Shown piece after piece: positions 51,827 through 63,752 of a stretch of 64,000 bases of DNA. Source of the DNA: Balanoglossus misakiensis. Lineage: Eukaryota; Animalia; Hemichordata. The notes under the pieces are model-generated. The model was not told where the DNA came from and did not search any database. It was given only the letters and a program-made list of their open reading frames with translations. How positions within the stretch are numbered: the first letter of the stretch is position 1; every line of letters starts with the position of its first letter. The position numbers were made by a program, and so were the translations under genes. The DNA is taken from the NCBI GenBank assembly GCA_040954595.2, contig CM082596.2, positions 3,279,025 through 3,343,024 on the forward strand, given 5' to 3'.

Positions 51827-51987
51827 CTGTATATTAGGACACTGTCCGAGAACATTAAAAACTATCTGAGATACATTGTAGGTGTCAGTTATACTGAGAC
51901 AGGTGACATTTTATTCATATCATCACTATCTTGAAAAATCTGTCCTTTATATAGAGATGTCCTGATTACAGAGGTGTCCATAAATAG
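51827..51987. mobile_element. Degenerate Tc1/pogo(Tigger)-like MITE remnant
   Basis: CTGTATATTAGGACAC at the left end and GTGTCCATAAATAG at the right form weak inverted ends. The subterminal repeats (TATAGAGATGTCC, TACAGAGGTGTCC) are typical of Tigger-like MITEs. Confidence 0.4.
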
Positions 51988-54900
51988 TGAACACTCAGAT
52001 TTCTCATGAGATTTTTTTCCCCTTCTAAACGACTAAACACAAGGTTCAATTCAGCAACGAACGAAAATATTTCAAGGAGCTCTTACTGTCAACAATATGT
52101 TCCTTTAGTAGCAGAAGTCAGCCTTAAAAATCTGAAAGGTGCAAATTACAGTGTCCGGACATCTAAGGGTGAAGGTCCGCAATGTTTACACTCCACTGAG
52201 TGGTTGCACAATACAATACAAAAGTCTGTCGCTGAAAGAATGTTTGTGAAATGACCAGGCAGGACGTTTAACTTAAAATAGCTAGTATAAGTACCTGCAT
52301 AGCTCAGTTGAGTAACAACATCACGACTTGATTGATTTGTTACATATCTCGGTCTCTTTGCAGGAATTTGTAAAAAGTCGATCAATCTTAATGTGTTTGC
52401 TTTGCATACCTGTGTTTTTCCCTTTTGAAAACATGCCAAAGTAAATTCCCAGCTTGACGTATATATACCTTCTTGATTTTTTTTCTTCGCAGGAGTGGTG
52501 CCAATTGGTCACTTGTTGACACACAGAGTCTACTAGTCACTGATGCAACTAGGGAATTAGATCTGTATGACGTAGAAGATGAATATGTACTTATAGAAGC
52601 TGGCCCGAAACCAGAAAAAAAATCACAGGTACTGTGAATAATGGGTATTATAAGCAAGGTCAAGGGGAACTTTTTCCATGTGCTGTACTTGATATATAGA
52701 GCACAGCAAAACCTCTGTATAACTTGAAAAAATATTGAGTTAATACAGTTCTGTCAAGAATTCGCTGTCGTCACTAAGCCAATAATGTACAGTAACTGTT
52801 CTCTCCCAAAATGCACGCGGATTGGCCCACATACCTATGCATACCTATGCATATTGTGCTTACAGATAACCCAATATTGCACTCAGCGGTTGTGCAATAT
52901 ATCTCTAATGATAATCCAATCGACCCCTGTGGTTTCAGGACGGGCATCTATTCAGTGGTACAGCATTCATGGTCAGCATTCATTAAAGGTCTTTGAGGGT
53001 AGACATCTCTATTGTGTGCCGATAATCTCCCTGAATTGTGTTAATGAAAAGTAAACACTACGATTTATGACTTTCCAACAGTCAGGATGACATCACTCTG
53101 TTACGACACCTTGATCTGCATCTGTATAGTGTTTTGGCAGAGTGATAGACCCCTAGAATCAAAGATGCATAATTTCGGGCATAATTCGCCCCCTCGTCAT
53201 CTTTATAAAGGTGGGGATTAATGGAGAAAATCGCATTGATGATGATGATAATGTTATCAGATGAAATATCATGTTTGTTCATCGTCATCATCCACAATGA
53301 CAGCCACTCTCCGTAGCTATAAACCAGTAACTTCAAGAGCATTTCCCCTAGTGCCTTGTATATCCACCATGAAAATCCAAACATACATATACATGCATGC
53401 ATGTCTCGTCAGCTGAACAAAAAATCCAGTCACAGTAATCCGGCTTTGACTACAAAAACTTGTTAAACCATAGAAAGCAAGATCGCCCTAACACTCCTTC
53501 TGTCTGGCACGACAGTCTGAGGAAGAAAAGCTGATTACTGTCACTCACTTTCTTAAAGAGTTTAAGAAGAAAAAGAAATGTTCTTGCTGTTTTCCAGTGA
53601 CAAATCGATCTGGTCAGTGGCCTCATACTGAGTGATTGCCTTCAAGGCGCTGTGAAGTCTGCAAGACTCGACTAGTTCACTGTTTTTTCTGTGTGTCTGC
53701 CTAGAACAATAGCAATTCATTAGAAGACCTGATCATTACCAGTTGTTAGAATGCAGAATGAGAGAAAAAAGCCCAACAACTATACTTAGTGGACAGTTTA
53801 TTACCAATGTTTTTCAACATCTTGGCTCACATTGGTTGACCCATTGTGTGAACAGACATCATGGGGTGCCTGAACTCTTTGAGAACACAGTTGCCAAACA
53901 GGCAAGAAACAAGTAAACTTTGATTGTGGTGTCTGTTTATTAAGTCAAGTTTGATGCAAGCAAAGAAACACTGTTACTGAATTCTTTGTAACATGGATAA
54001 CAGACAAAGTTTTGCTTCCATGGGGGAAAAATGGTACTTTGTATATCTGTCTGTCACCCTCTCTTGAACTCTCCTCTCTCCTCCCCCCACGTACTGTCTG
54101 TCAATCCATCTGTTACAATCTGTCTCCCTCTCCCCTTCCTTTATCTCCCCCCCCCCCTCCTCCCTCTTGCAGACAACAAGCAACTCATTTTTTGTTGTGG
54201 AGTCCAATTTCATGTCTTAACAAAACAAATCTGACCCTAGTACTAAATACAACAGTGCATATAGGGTCACACACTGGTCCATGTGTTTGGGTGAACCCCT
54301 ATAAGCTCTCATGCTGGTCTTTGCATTCCAAGTTTTACTTCATCGTGATTTATGGGTCCACTTTCCATTTAAACCCAGAACCATGGTGTTTTAACCAAAT
54401 TCCATTACATTTGTTGTATATGAAAACAAAACAGTTTCCACCCCTAAAAAGGTTTAGTGTCAAGACCATAGATACTGTTGTAAAGAACCGAAATAATTAA
54501 CGAGCTTTAATTGGTGGGAACTGAACCAGGGCTCTGTAACTAAATTACTAAATTGCATTCAACATGCATGTCTCTGTACTGTTAATGAGTGTGTGGTTTT
54601 TAAGCGAAAAAAAATTCTTCGCTTCAAGTTGTAGTAGAGCTTAACTGGGACTAGATAAACATACCCAGGGGGGTATGCCATTGGTATGGAAATAAGTATT
54701 GTCACACAAATGAGCCAGTGTTTTGTGAACTATGCCTCAGCTTTGGCATTGCATGAATGAAACTTTCTCTTGAAATGACTTGCTTTGAAAAGGCCGGGAT
54801 CGAGGTTCCTGGAGATGTACTGGAAAAATCATCCAGGCACCTGCAGCTACTGTGTGTCCTGCAGTCAGTGACATCTAGGGTCTGTCACTGGAAGAGGATC

Positions 54901-57672
54901 TTCTGAAGTGTGTTTTCTGATGTCCAAATACCCTTCCCCTCTTCCTCACTGTTTTTTAACATTTGTGCAACTTGCTGTAAAAATACAGGAATTCATTGTT
55001 GATATAAAAAATGTGACAATCACAAGCCCCCCCCCCTCAATTTTGTAAAAAAAATCTCAGAAGTTCCTTTAAAAGTGCAGTGCTATTTTGAGAGGCACTG
55101 AAAACCATAATGCACCAGTTTGCCATTATTTTTGTACAACTCTATTATCTCATCACATTATATCGGAATTTGCTCAGCCACCAGAAGCAATCTGTGTTAG
55201 GGTATTTACTCTTAATTTTCCTCTCTGCAGGAAACCTAAACAATATAGCTTCAAACAAATCATTGATGTTGGAGAAGGGAAACAGAATAAGGACTTAATG
55301 ATCACTCTGCTGAATTAACCAGACTGGCATCTAATTGGCGAATAGTGTCTTTATAAAGTTTGCCTGAATCGATTCAGTTGTCTGTGGACAACTTGAGTTC
55401 TTGTCCTAGTTAAGCTCCGAAACTGCCCACCTGCTGAGATTGCCCAGAGACAGGATTCTGTAAAAGCTATTCACTAATATACTGAGCAGACTTCTTGCAT
55501 GTTGAGGGGATAACTGAAGTTTTGAAGCTACTGTAGCATATTTAAATGAAGTGGCCCTTTTAATTTTTCTCTGTGGCTATTTGATCGCCTCTGATATTAA
55601 ACCTTGTTGCAACATGTTGTGTGTTGGAATTGACATAAAATATGAGTGGTTGTGTGTGTAAAAACAAAGGAAATCTATCCAACACTTAGGTTTACTATTT
55701 ATACTGTGAATGCTGTTCGGAGGCTTTGTTTGGACTTGAATATCATTTTGTTTCCCCTAAAATTATCATAAATAATTGTCATCACTTTAAGAAAATATTT
55801 TCTTTTGTGTGTGATGTGGATTCTATCAGTTTTCTGATATAACAAAATCAATTATCTCCAGTACAAGTAACACCTGATGGATCCTCTGGCAGGATAGATG
55901 ATGGGTACATGTAGTGCAAATCACATTCAATTTCCCCCCATTCCACTGCATTGGTATATTCTGGCCATTTAATGTTCACAAACTGCACTTTTGACTTCGA
56001 CAGTCACTCTACCGTAAAGCCCCTGGATATTCTCCGGCCACCCATGGTCTGCTAAACCCACAACTTCTTTCTGCATGACTCACAGAGTTTACCCAAAGCG
56101 GACAAGACAAAAATAGATGGATGAAAGCCAGGCATGCATGTAATCCTGAATGGTCCTCTGTTCAGAAAAACACTTCTTTCTTTTTCCTACAAAAAAAGCT
56201 CCCACTCTGTGGTTCTGAATACCCTTCATTATTCTCTTACTGTCTGTGCGCCTTTAATAATACGCACACAAATACCTGCTTGTCTCTTTTGCGGAGATGT
56301 TTGTTCAGCTCTGTTTTCGTTACATTTCACTTGTCGGGTCACTTTCCAAACTAAACAAGTAATTGGGTAAAATCACCGCCAATAAAAAGCCTCGGAGAAA
56401 AAAAAACGGCTGGCAATAGAAAAGCCATTTCACCTCTCCAGTGCAATCTGTTTTCTTTACAACTTAACTCGCGTGTGTTTTCTCATTCTGTCATTGTCAC
56501 ATGGTCTTAATGGTGTCTTTTCTTTTCTGTCTTGCCCGTGTTACAAGTTTTAAAGTTTACGAGTGTCTCTGAACACTGAGTTTGGTATGCATCGCCAAGC
56601 TGCTAGAATTCTTCAAGACAACCTGTTGATCGTGTACATTCCTGAGCTCTGTTGGACCGACCAGTGAGTGCTTGACATGGCTGTATGATTCAAAACTTTT
56701 CAAACTCCACTCTAACACTGAGTGTCAATGATGCACATCCTAAAATGTGAGTGCATGATCAGAAACATGCAGGCAATGAAAGCTACCAATACTACATGAG
56801 ATACATATTAACATTCACACAGCATGCGTATGAACTATAAACCTTTTTGATCTGCAGTTTAAAACCCAGCAAGAAGGTACTGATTAAAAATCCATTAATC
56901 AATGGCTTATTGATGCGAATTTTAACATTATGACCCAGCTATTTTGCGATTGACCTTTTAAAGAGCACTCCAGGACAAATGTGTAAGGGCTATATATGTA
57001 CATGTGGCCACGTCCTTCACGAATTTAGAAAATTCCATGGAAATTTACTGGTAGGGAATTGTACGGAGGTCAGCCAGGTAACCACGCATTTGAGCAATAG
57101 TGCTTGTTGATATGCTGTCAACACTTCTGGGAGCTTTTTAAACGGTTGTCACACCTCAGTGACTCAGCACCAAAGAAACACGGTGTAAACAACCCTGTGA
57201 AAAAAAGGTCACTGAAATGGACCCCATGCGCCTGCACATCTCTGAGTTCAGGCCAAATGGTGGAAAAATTGGAGATCTCCATGAGTGGCTCTTGACAGGC
57301 AAATAGATGAGGGAGTCGCAGACCTTTTGGATGCGATGCACAGATCAGAAACAGGAAAATCTCACGCAATGTTTCCATGAGGCACTTGGGATATTAGGCA
57401 ACAGGCTGTGAGAAATTCTGGTTATCAATGTGCATGTACTCATAAGTGAATTTCCCATGAGCGCCCACCTACAACCCCCTGTTCGTCCCCACGTACCATC
57501 CACGTTACCCAGAATGCAAAGAATGGTGCAAGATGACAAACATCTTTAGTGGAAGAGTATAAAGAATCCCTGTGTTAAACACAAATAACCAGGATTCTAT
57601 ACCCCAAAAGCTAACAACTTCATCACTCACTTGGGATGTAATTACGCACACAGTTGCAACAAAACTTGGTGT

Positions 57673-57686
57673 GTTGCCCTGGCAAC
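57673..57686. promoter_or_regulatory. RFX X-box
   Basis: GTTGCCCTGGCAAC, one mismatch from GTTGCCATGGCAAC. Confidence 0.5.
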
Positions 57687-57990
57687 AGTAGGCGTGCAGT
57701 GGGTGATGGAATAAAAATAATTCCCTCTCTCTTTGTCTATGACAATAGCCGGCGAAAATGACAGCAAGTATAGAATTCTCTAGTCGATTGAGATTTTAAT
57801 ATTTCATTATCATAGCTGTTGCTATTGAGTGATTCAAGTCTTCACAACTCCCAACTGACTGCGACAGGTAGAATTGTAGTCGTGGATTAAATGGGATTAT
57901 TTCAGATTAATTGACACAATGTATCTTTCTGCGCTGACAACGTCAATGTCATTAACCTGTTGAGTTCAAGCGGCCTATAATGTCATCTGT

Positions 57991-58092
57991 TGTTCATGGT
58001 AGGTCGTGAATGACGTCAGTCAAAATGTGCCAGGACTTCACTGACTGCCCGTTCTTTTTAAAGTTGACGTCATTCACAGCCTACCATGAACA
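57991..58092. repeat. Inverted repeat / hairpin with ~30-bp arms
   Basis: TGTTCATGGTAGGTCGTGAATGACGTCAG ... TTGACGTCATTCACAGCCTACCATGAACA, with a ~42-nt spacer. Each arm holds a full CRE (TGACGTCA). Confidence 0.85.
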
Positions 58093-61000
58093 GTTTGTAA
58101 TTTGTTTTTCCTAATCAGTGAAGATAAATTTCCCAGAATTCACCTGTTGTCCTAAAAAGTTACAATTTAACCACAACACTTTTAGCAGTGCCAGATTACC
58201 AAGGAAACGCTGTTCTATAGTTGGATAAGTCTGTGTGTCACATGACCATTTTGCTTGCATGTGATTCGCTGGACACTTCACACTTGTAAACCATAGCTCT
58301 ATTTTTGTCTCAGTTATTTACCACTGCAAAACAAAGTTGCATTTTATAAATATTATTCTTGTGTCTTATTTTGGGCATGGATCACCCAGCAAAGAAATAA
58401 CTTTGAAATTCTCCGCTACCTATACTATCTTCAACATCCTTGTACTGTACCCATTTCCAGCAAAATATAAACAGATAAGAACAACAAAAATCATGTTTTC
58501 CTTATCTATCTGAATAATTAAAATTCCAGTTGGCCCTCAGTAAAGATTTCAGGATACAATACTTGACTACCGGTATGTAGAAATATTTTGCTGGTGTTAA
58601 GAATTCTTTACCTTGTTTCAACAAAACGACTGATATTTTGGTTAAGATTAAAACATACCAGAGTTGTCAAACATTAGCCACATACCTTGTTGGCACATTC
58701 AAACTCTTTACGCAATTCTCAGCATACTTGCGAAGGCTTTCAGATGCCTGGAAATGCAATTTGAAAGAGGGATTCTGATTGGGCATTGGGCTATGGTGAA
58801 TATTTTGTGTTAAAGATCTGTCAGTAAATTAAGGTACTTTATAGCCATTGCAGGAATTTAATAATCAAGTTCTGAAAAATTTGTTGGCAGTTTAATTTCC
58901 AATCACATCTTCCTTTTCCTGTTCCTACATAACATGTGGTACACTAATTGTAGTTTCTACGGTATGTCAACAAAAATACAGTGCAACTTTGTCAGTGGGA
59001 TACAACAGCGGTGATTTCAAACGAGCAGTTTTTGACATGTAAGGGAATGCAGAGAGAGGGACTTGGCACAATGGGTTCTATTCAGGGTTCCTGAGTTTTG
59101 AGTTTTTGGAAACAGGAACTCCATTGATAATTGTATGCTGTATAATTGTGCGTACCTTTTCTGTACTGCGATTGTCGATTGTGGCTCAGGTTTATTATAT
59201 GTTCCAAGGCATTTTATTGTGCTTGTGTCCAGATTTACAGTGTTTACATATATACTTCACCAAGGGGTTGAGTGATGCAACGAATGAAAATATATCACAG
59301 AGGAACTGTTCGCAGGACAAAGTTGCTATTCTTTGCTGGTATTTTCATCTGAGGATCTCTCTTTAAAATTTCCGGCTCTTTTATAGAGTCAATGAAATCA
59401 CTCGGTGATCGTCACTTTAAGTTCAGTTTGAACTGACCAGAGCAATGATGGATGGAAAAACCATTTGCAAAAATGCTGACTTGATTGTGATTTATTTTCC
59501 TTTTACCAGATATATTCACATCCCTATATCTTCCAAAACCAGTACAGATAATCCCTGCACTTTAATATTTAGATTAAATCACTTTATGCAGAGGAAAATC
59601 GTAAACTGTACAATTCAGAGAATGACATATTTAACTATCCTGAATGATCAATCATTTTGCTCTTTAGAGTCATATGTACATATAAAAACCATTTACTTCA
59701 TAATGATTCTGAACTCAGTTGTGTTAGCTATATAATAAGTCTTTAATATTAAGTTGCAGGCATAATCAGTTCAATTGTCAGGAATTTGCAGATAAAGCCT
59801 TTTGCATTTAGCAAGCCCATTCACTCTCAAATTGAATGTAATTTCACTTTAAATGACCAGATATATCAGATAGTGCGAAATTCCTTTTACTTTTTTTCAT
59901 TCTTATTCACTATTGTTACTGGCTGAAAAGAAATATGCATAACATTAATGAGCATGGAATGTGCTTTTCATTAAATATGACATGATAGTTGTCCGTTTAA
60001 TTCACGTGTAGATAACCGCAGTGCTAAATTTTGTGAATGGTCTGTATCAATGATAGGAATTTAAATAACAATTACCGCAGTGACATGTTGTGTGCTTGAT
60101 AAGTTTTGTCTGCACATGTTTCTAAATTTCACTTCAAGGTAACTTTATTAGCATGCGGAAGATTTTACTGATTATATAAATGGGTCTACACGCTACAGTT
60201 GTGTGTGAATTGAAGAATTTTGACCCTTTGAAAACACAGATTTACACATATTGCATGTACTTTGTTCATGTGCACAAACTCCAAATTGATGCCAAGTCTC
60301 TTTTAAAAACTCAAAGTATGGGAATCACCAAACTTATCTAACTCTGAAACAACTATATGGGGAATAAGATGCTGGTGAGAATTTAGGATGGAATTTGAAA
60401 TGCTGCACGAGTTTTAGAAATGTTTGAGAATGACAGAATGTGGGTTTGCTTCTAAGTGTTCGCTTCGTGTACACAGGGTGCCGGGCATTCCAAGATATCG
60501 TTTGGAATTTTATACCATTATGTATTTGCTAAGCTTCTCATTTTCTACTGGATGCTGCAATCAGAAATTAATATCTGTATGGTGAACATGATATAATTCC
60601 TAACACCACTGCATTTTATTCTACATACGGTCAGAGCATATCAGTGAAAAACAATGGAGTCTGATTGAATTCTTAGTATGGAGTTAGTTTCATTATATCA
60701 CAGCAGAGGTGCGTGTATTTATGAAATTTGACCCCTTAACAATATGAACATTAACAAGATCAAGTAAGCAAAGGTGACTTGAGAGATTTGGCATTCGATT
60801 GCCAAAGTTCAACAGGAATTTGCATACTATCTCACAATTTATTTGCATAGATATTTGATTACTAATGAAAGATATGATAATATGACGAACCAATAAGGAT
60901 GTTTTTTAACATATTTGTTTTTCCTCCCAAGTCCCTGTCTGAAGGTTAAGTGCTAGATCTTACTGAAAAGCCAAATATTTACACTTTGTATGCAGTTATA

Positions 61001-62146
61001 ATTAACTTCATTTGGGGGTAATTCGATAACTGAATTTTCTTTTCTGTTTTATCAGCATGTATCTGCTGAAATGTAATTTGGTCAGATGGGCTAATCAATT
61101 GATACAACTTGCGATATATTCTGCTGCAAAGTTAATCAGTGATCCTTTCTGTGATCAAGGGATGTTATTAGCATTGATTGGTCACTCGGTTCAATCTATA
61201 ATTAGTCGACTCGGACATCATAGAATAGCATTTAGCTTGTGTTGTGGTAAAATGCCGACGACGTCAAATACACATACTTGGCATGTTTTGTTTGCTGTTT
61301 TACCATCTTAAAATTGTTTTATTTCCATGGTCAAGTTGCTGATTGAATTGCTGATTGCATTGATGAAGTCTACGTTGGTTTTTGCACATGGCTGAAAAGT
61401 TGGAGTTGTTCACCACCTCAGACTACAGCCACTTTGAATTCCTCCAGAAAGGTATCCCCACCAGCTATGGACATGTTATACAATCTCAAAAAAGCCAAAG
61501 TTATCCAATCACATTTAGTGGACAGCCAAAGGGTCTTTTTCGCACAACAAAGGTTTGTCTTAACACCAACAGACCGCAATCGTTCCAGGGTATCTGAAAA
61601 TGAAGCTTGTGTTTTGTGCCACAAGCCCAGTGGTCGTGTGTATAGTGTGTTTGGAGAGGGGGCTGGTGATCTGGACATTTTTGTGCTGCTCATACTCGAG
61701 CTTAGCTCCTCTTTGTGAAAATATGGCTGACACACTTTACAATTAAGCATGTTTACAAGATTCAAATGATAAGCAAAATGGATAAATTGGCTTATGATTG
61801 TCATGGGGCATCATGGGTAATTTTATTGATATTGTACAGCTAGGCGACATTTTGCATGTTTTTAAATGAATAGGTAGCTGCCAGGTCAGTCTGTCTGCAA
61901 ACTGACAAAATTTGGCTCCATTGTTAAAACTTGAGTCCATATTTCAGAAAATGGCAGCAAAATTGTTATCAGTTGCACATTGAATCTGCGTGGGCATGCA
62001 GTCAGTCAGAAACCAAAGAAATGAGGATTTAGCTGGCACGAAACTTTCTTGATCATCACACGCAAAATGTCATTCCTCTGAAAGATGTGACTATTTTTGT
62101 AAGTTTTGTTTTCCGAGACTTTTTCAGGGTTTCCTGAAGCTCAAAA

Positions 62147-62174
62147 AATCTCACACACGAAATCTCACACACGA
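62147..62174. repeat. Tandem 14-bp duplication
   Basis: AATCTCACACACGA occurs twice in tandem. Confidence 0.85.
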
Positions 62175-62746
62175 ACAGATGACGACAGACACAACAGAGT
62201 ACATTTTAACATGAGAAATGAGTTTTTATTCATGTTTACTAAGACTGTATTTACACCATAAAATACCATCGGCTTATTATATACAAGATGTCAGTGGGGA
62301 AATAATGAACAATGGGTACTCTCCATTTTTTTAAACTTCTCGTGTAAGCTTTACATCATGCATCAAATATTACAAAAAGACTATCACTACAAGACCTACA
62401 ATCAAAGTACAAATATTTTACAATATTCGAGTTGACCACAGTATACACTACACTGGGGCTGTTACTCTACAGAGACTGGTACACTGAAAACATACAGGGC
62501 AAGATCTCCATAGCAACTTGTCATCGTCGTGACAGTTAAACGTCGGTTCATGAGCCCAGTGTTCACAGATTCAATACAATATTTTTGTTTACAGGTGTTT
62601 TATTCAACACTGACAATTATCATCGGACATCTCACGTATTTTGTACAAGAAAAAATTTGTTGTGTGAGTGAAAAACATACAAAAAGTGTTTTTTAAAGTG
62701 TGTTTGCAAAGACTTTGGTCCGTTTGAGGCACTTCAGATGTCTAAA

Positions 62747-62847
62747 CCTGTTCACCCCCGTTTATCCTGTGGTATGGTCCAATGCGGCCATTGGCGTTGC
62801 TAGTGGAACACTTCACCAAGCAGGGGTTTCGGGGGGTGGTAGGTCTT
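62747..62847. mobile_element. Probable diverged TTAA-type MITE
   Basis: TAAACCTGTTCACCCCCG...CGGGGGGTGGTAGGTCTTAG gives imperfect inverted ends similar to the short MITE family. It is a GC-rich island in AT-rich sequence. Confidence 0.4.
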
Positions 62848-63734
62848 AGTTGGCAGGCATAACTGCAGGGGGAGCAAAGTCTCCTGATCCAGAGAGATTA
62901 CTGGACAGAAATATTTCAGTTCCAAGCCTAAGATTGTTTGCTTCGGGACCACACGGATAAAAGTTGGAAAAAAACCTGTTTACAAAACAGCTATGGAGTA
63001 GGAAGTGCTATCGTTAACCCCTCTTGTAAACTTTTACAAATTTTACGACTCATCAATAAAGTAGAAAAAAGCGGAGGAAAATCCCAAAAATGTGAAATAT
63101 GATGGGTGCCCTGAAGTATTTGATAGGTGGGTTTAGGTTCCCAAATTGCTGTGACTTACAATTTAAAGAGTTTTTTTTTTTTTACGTCAAATCTACCAGT
63201 AGAGCCGTTTTCAACTAGAGAGGTCCCAGGGCAGTCAGCAGGTAAGCCTGGCTGATTCTAAAGAAAACTATTCAGCTATGTCAATTCTAGCCACTTTAAA
63301 TACATTCTCTCCAATGAACATCAGGAATGTTGGACTTTCACATTTAAATTAACTATTACAAAAGAAGCTCCCCAAATTGATAATAGAAAAAAATGACCTT
63401 AGTGTATATGTATATCAAGCAAAAAACTTTTTGGGAAAAGTAACAAAAATAGAATTTTTTTTTTGAAAATTTTTTCAACTGTTCACATGCTCTTGATTTT
63501 AAATTCCATGTTTATGGCTGAATATACTTGTTTTTTCTTGATTGAAATTTTTTTGAGTTGAAATTTTTAAAACCAACATCGGAATGACATTCCGTGATTG
63601 AAAAAAAAGGTTGTCTTCTTTATATAGATACTGTTATTAATCTGTCTTCAAAGTTTCTAAATAAATTGCACTGGTTAAACTAATACATGCAAAGTTTGTC
63701 TGTTCTAAAATACAAGAAAAAATGTTCTGTGTTA

Positions 63735-63752
63735 GTTCCCCTCTAGTGACAA
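63735..63752 (-). promoter_or_regulatory. CTCF-like binding motif
   Basis: The minus strand reads TTGTCACTAGAGGGGAAC. Confidence 0.35.

Noticed and set aside
53974-54500. Pro-rich 162-aa ORF and its antisense ORF
   Set aside because: They arise from a CT-rich low-complexity tract, with no domain or exon support.
61382-61804. Overlapping 71-128-aa ORFs
   Set aside because: No recognisable motifs or convincing splice sites; lengths are compatible with chance.
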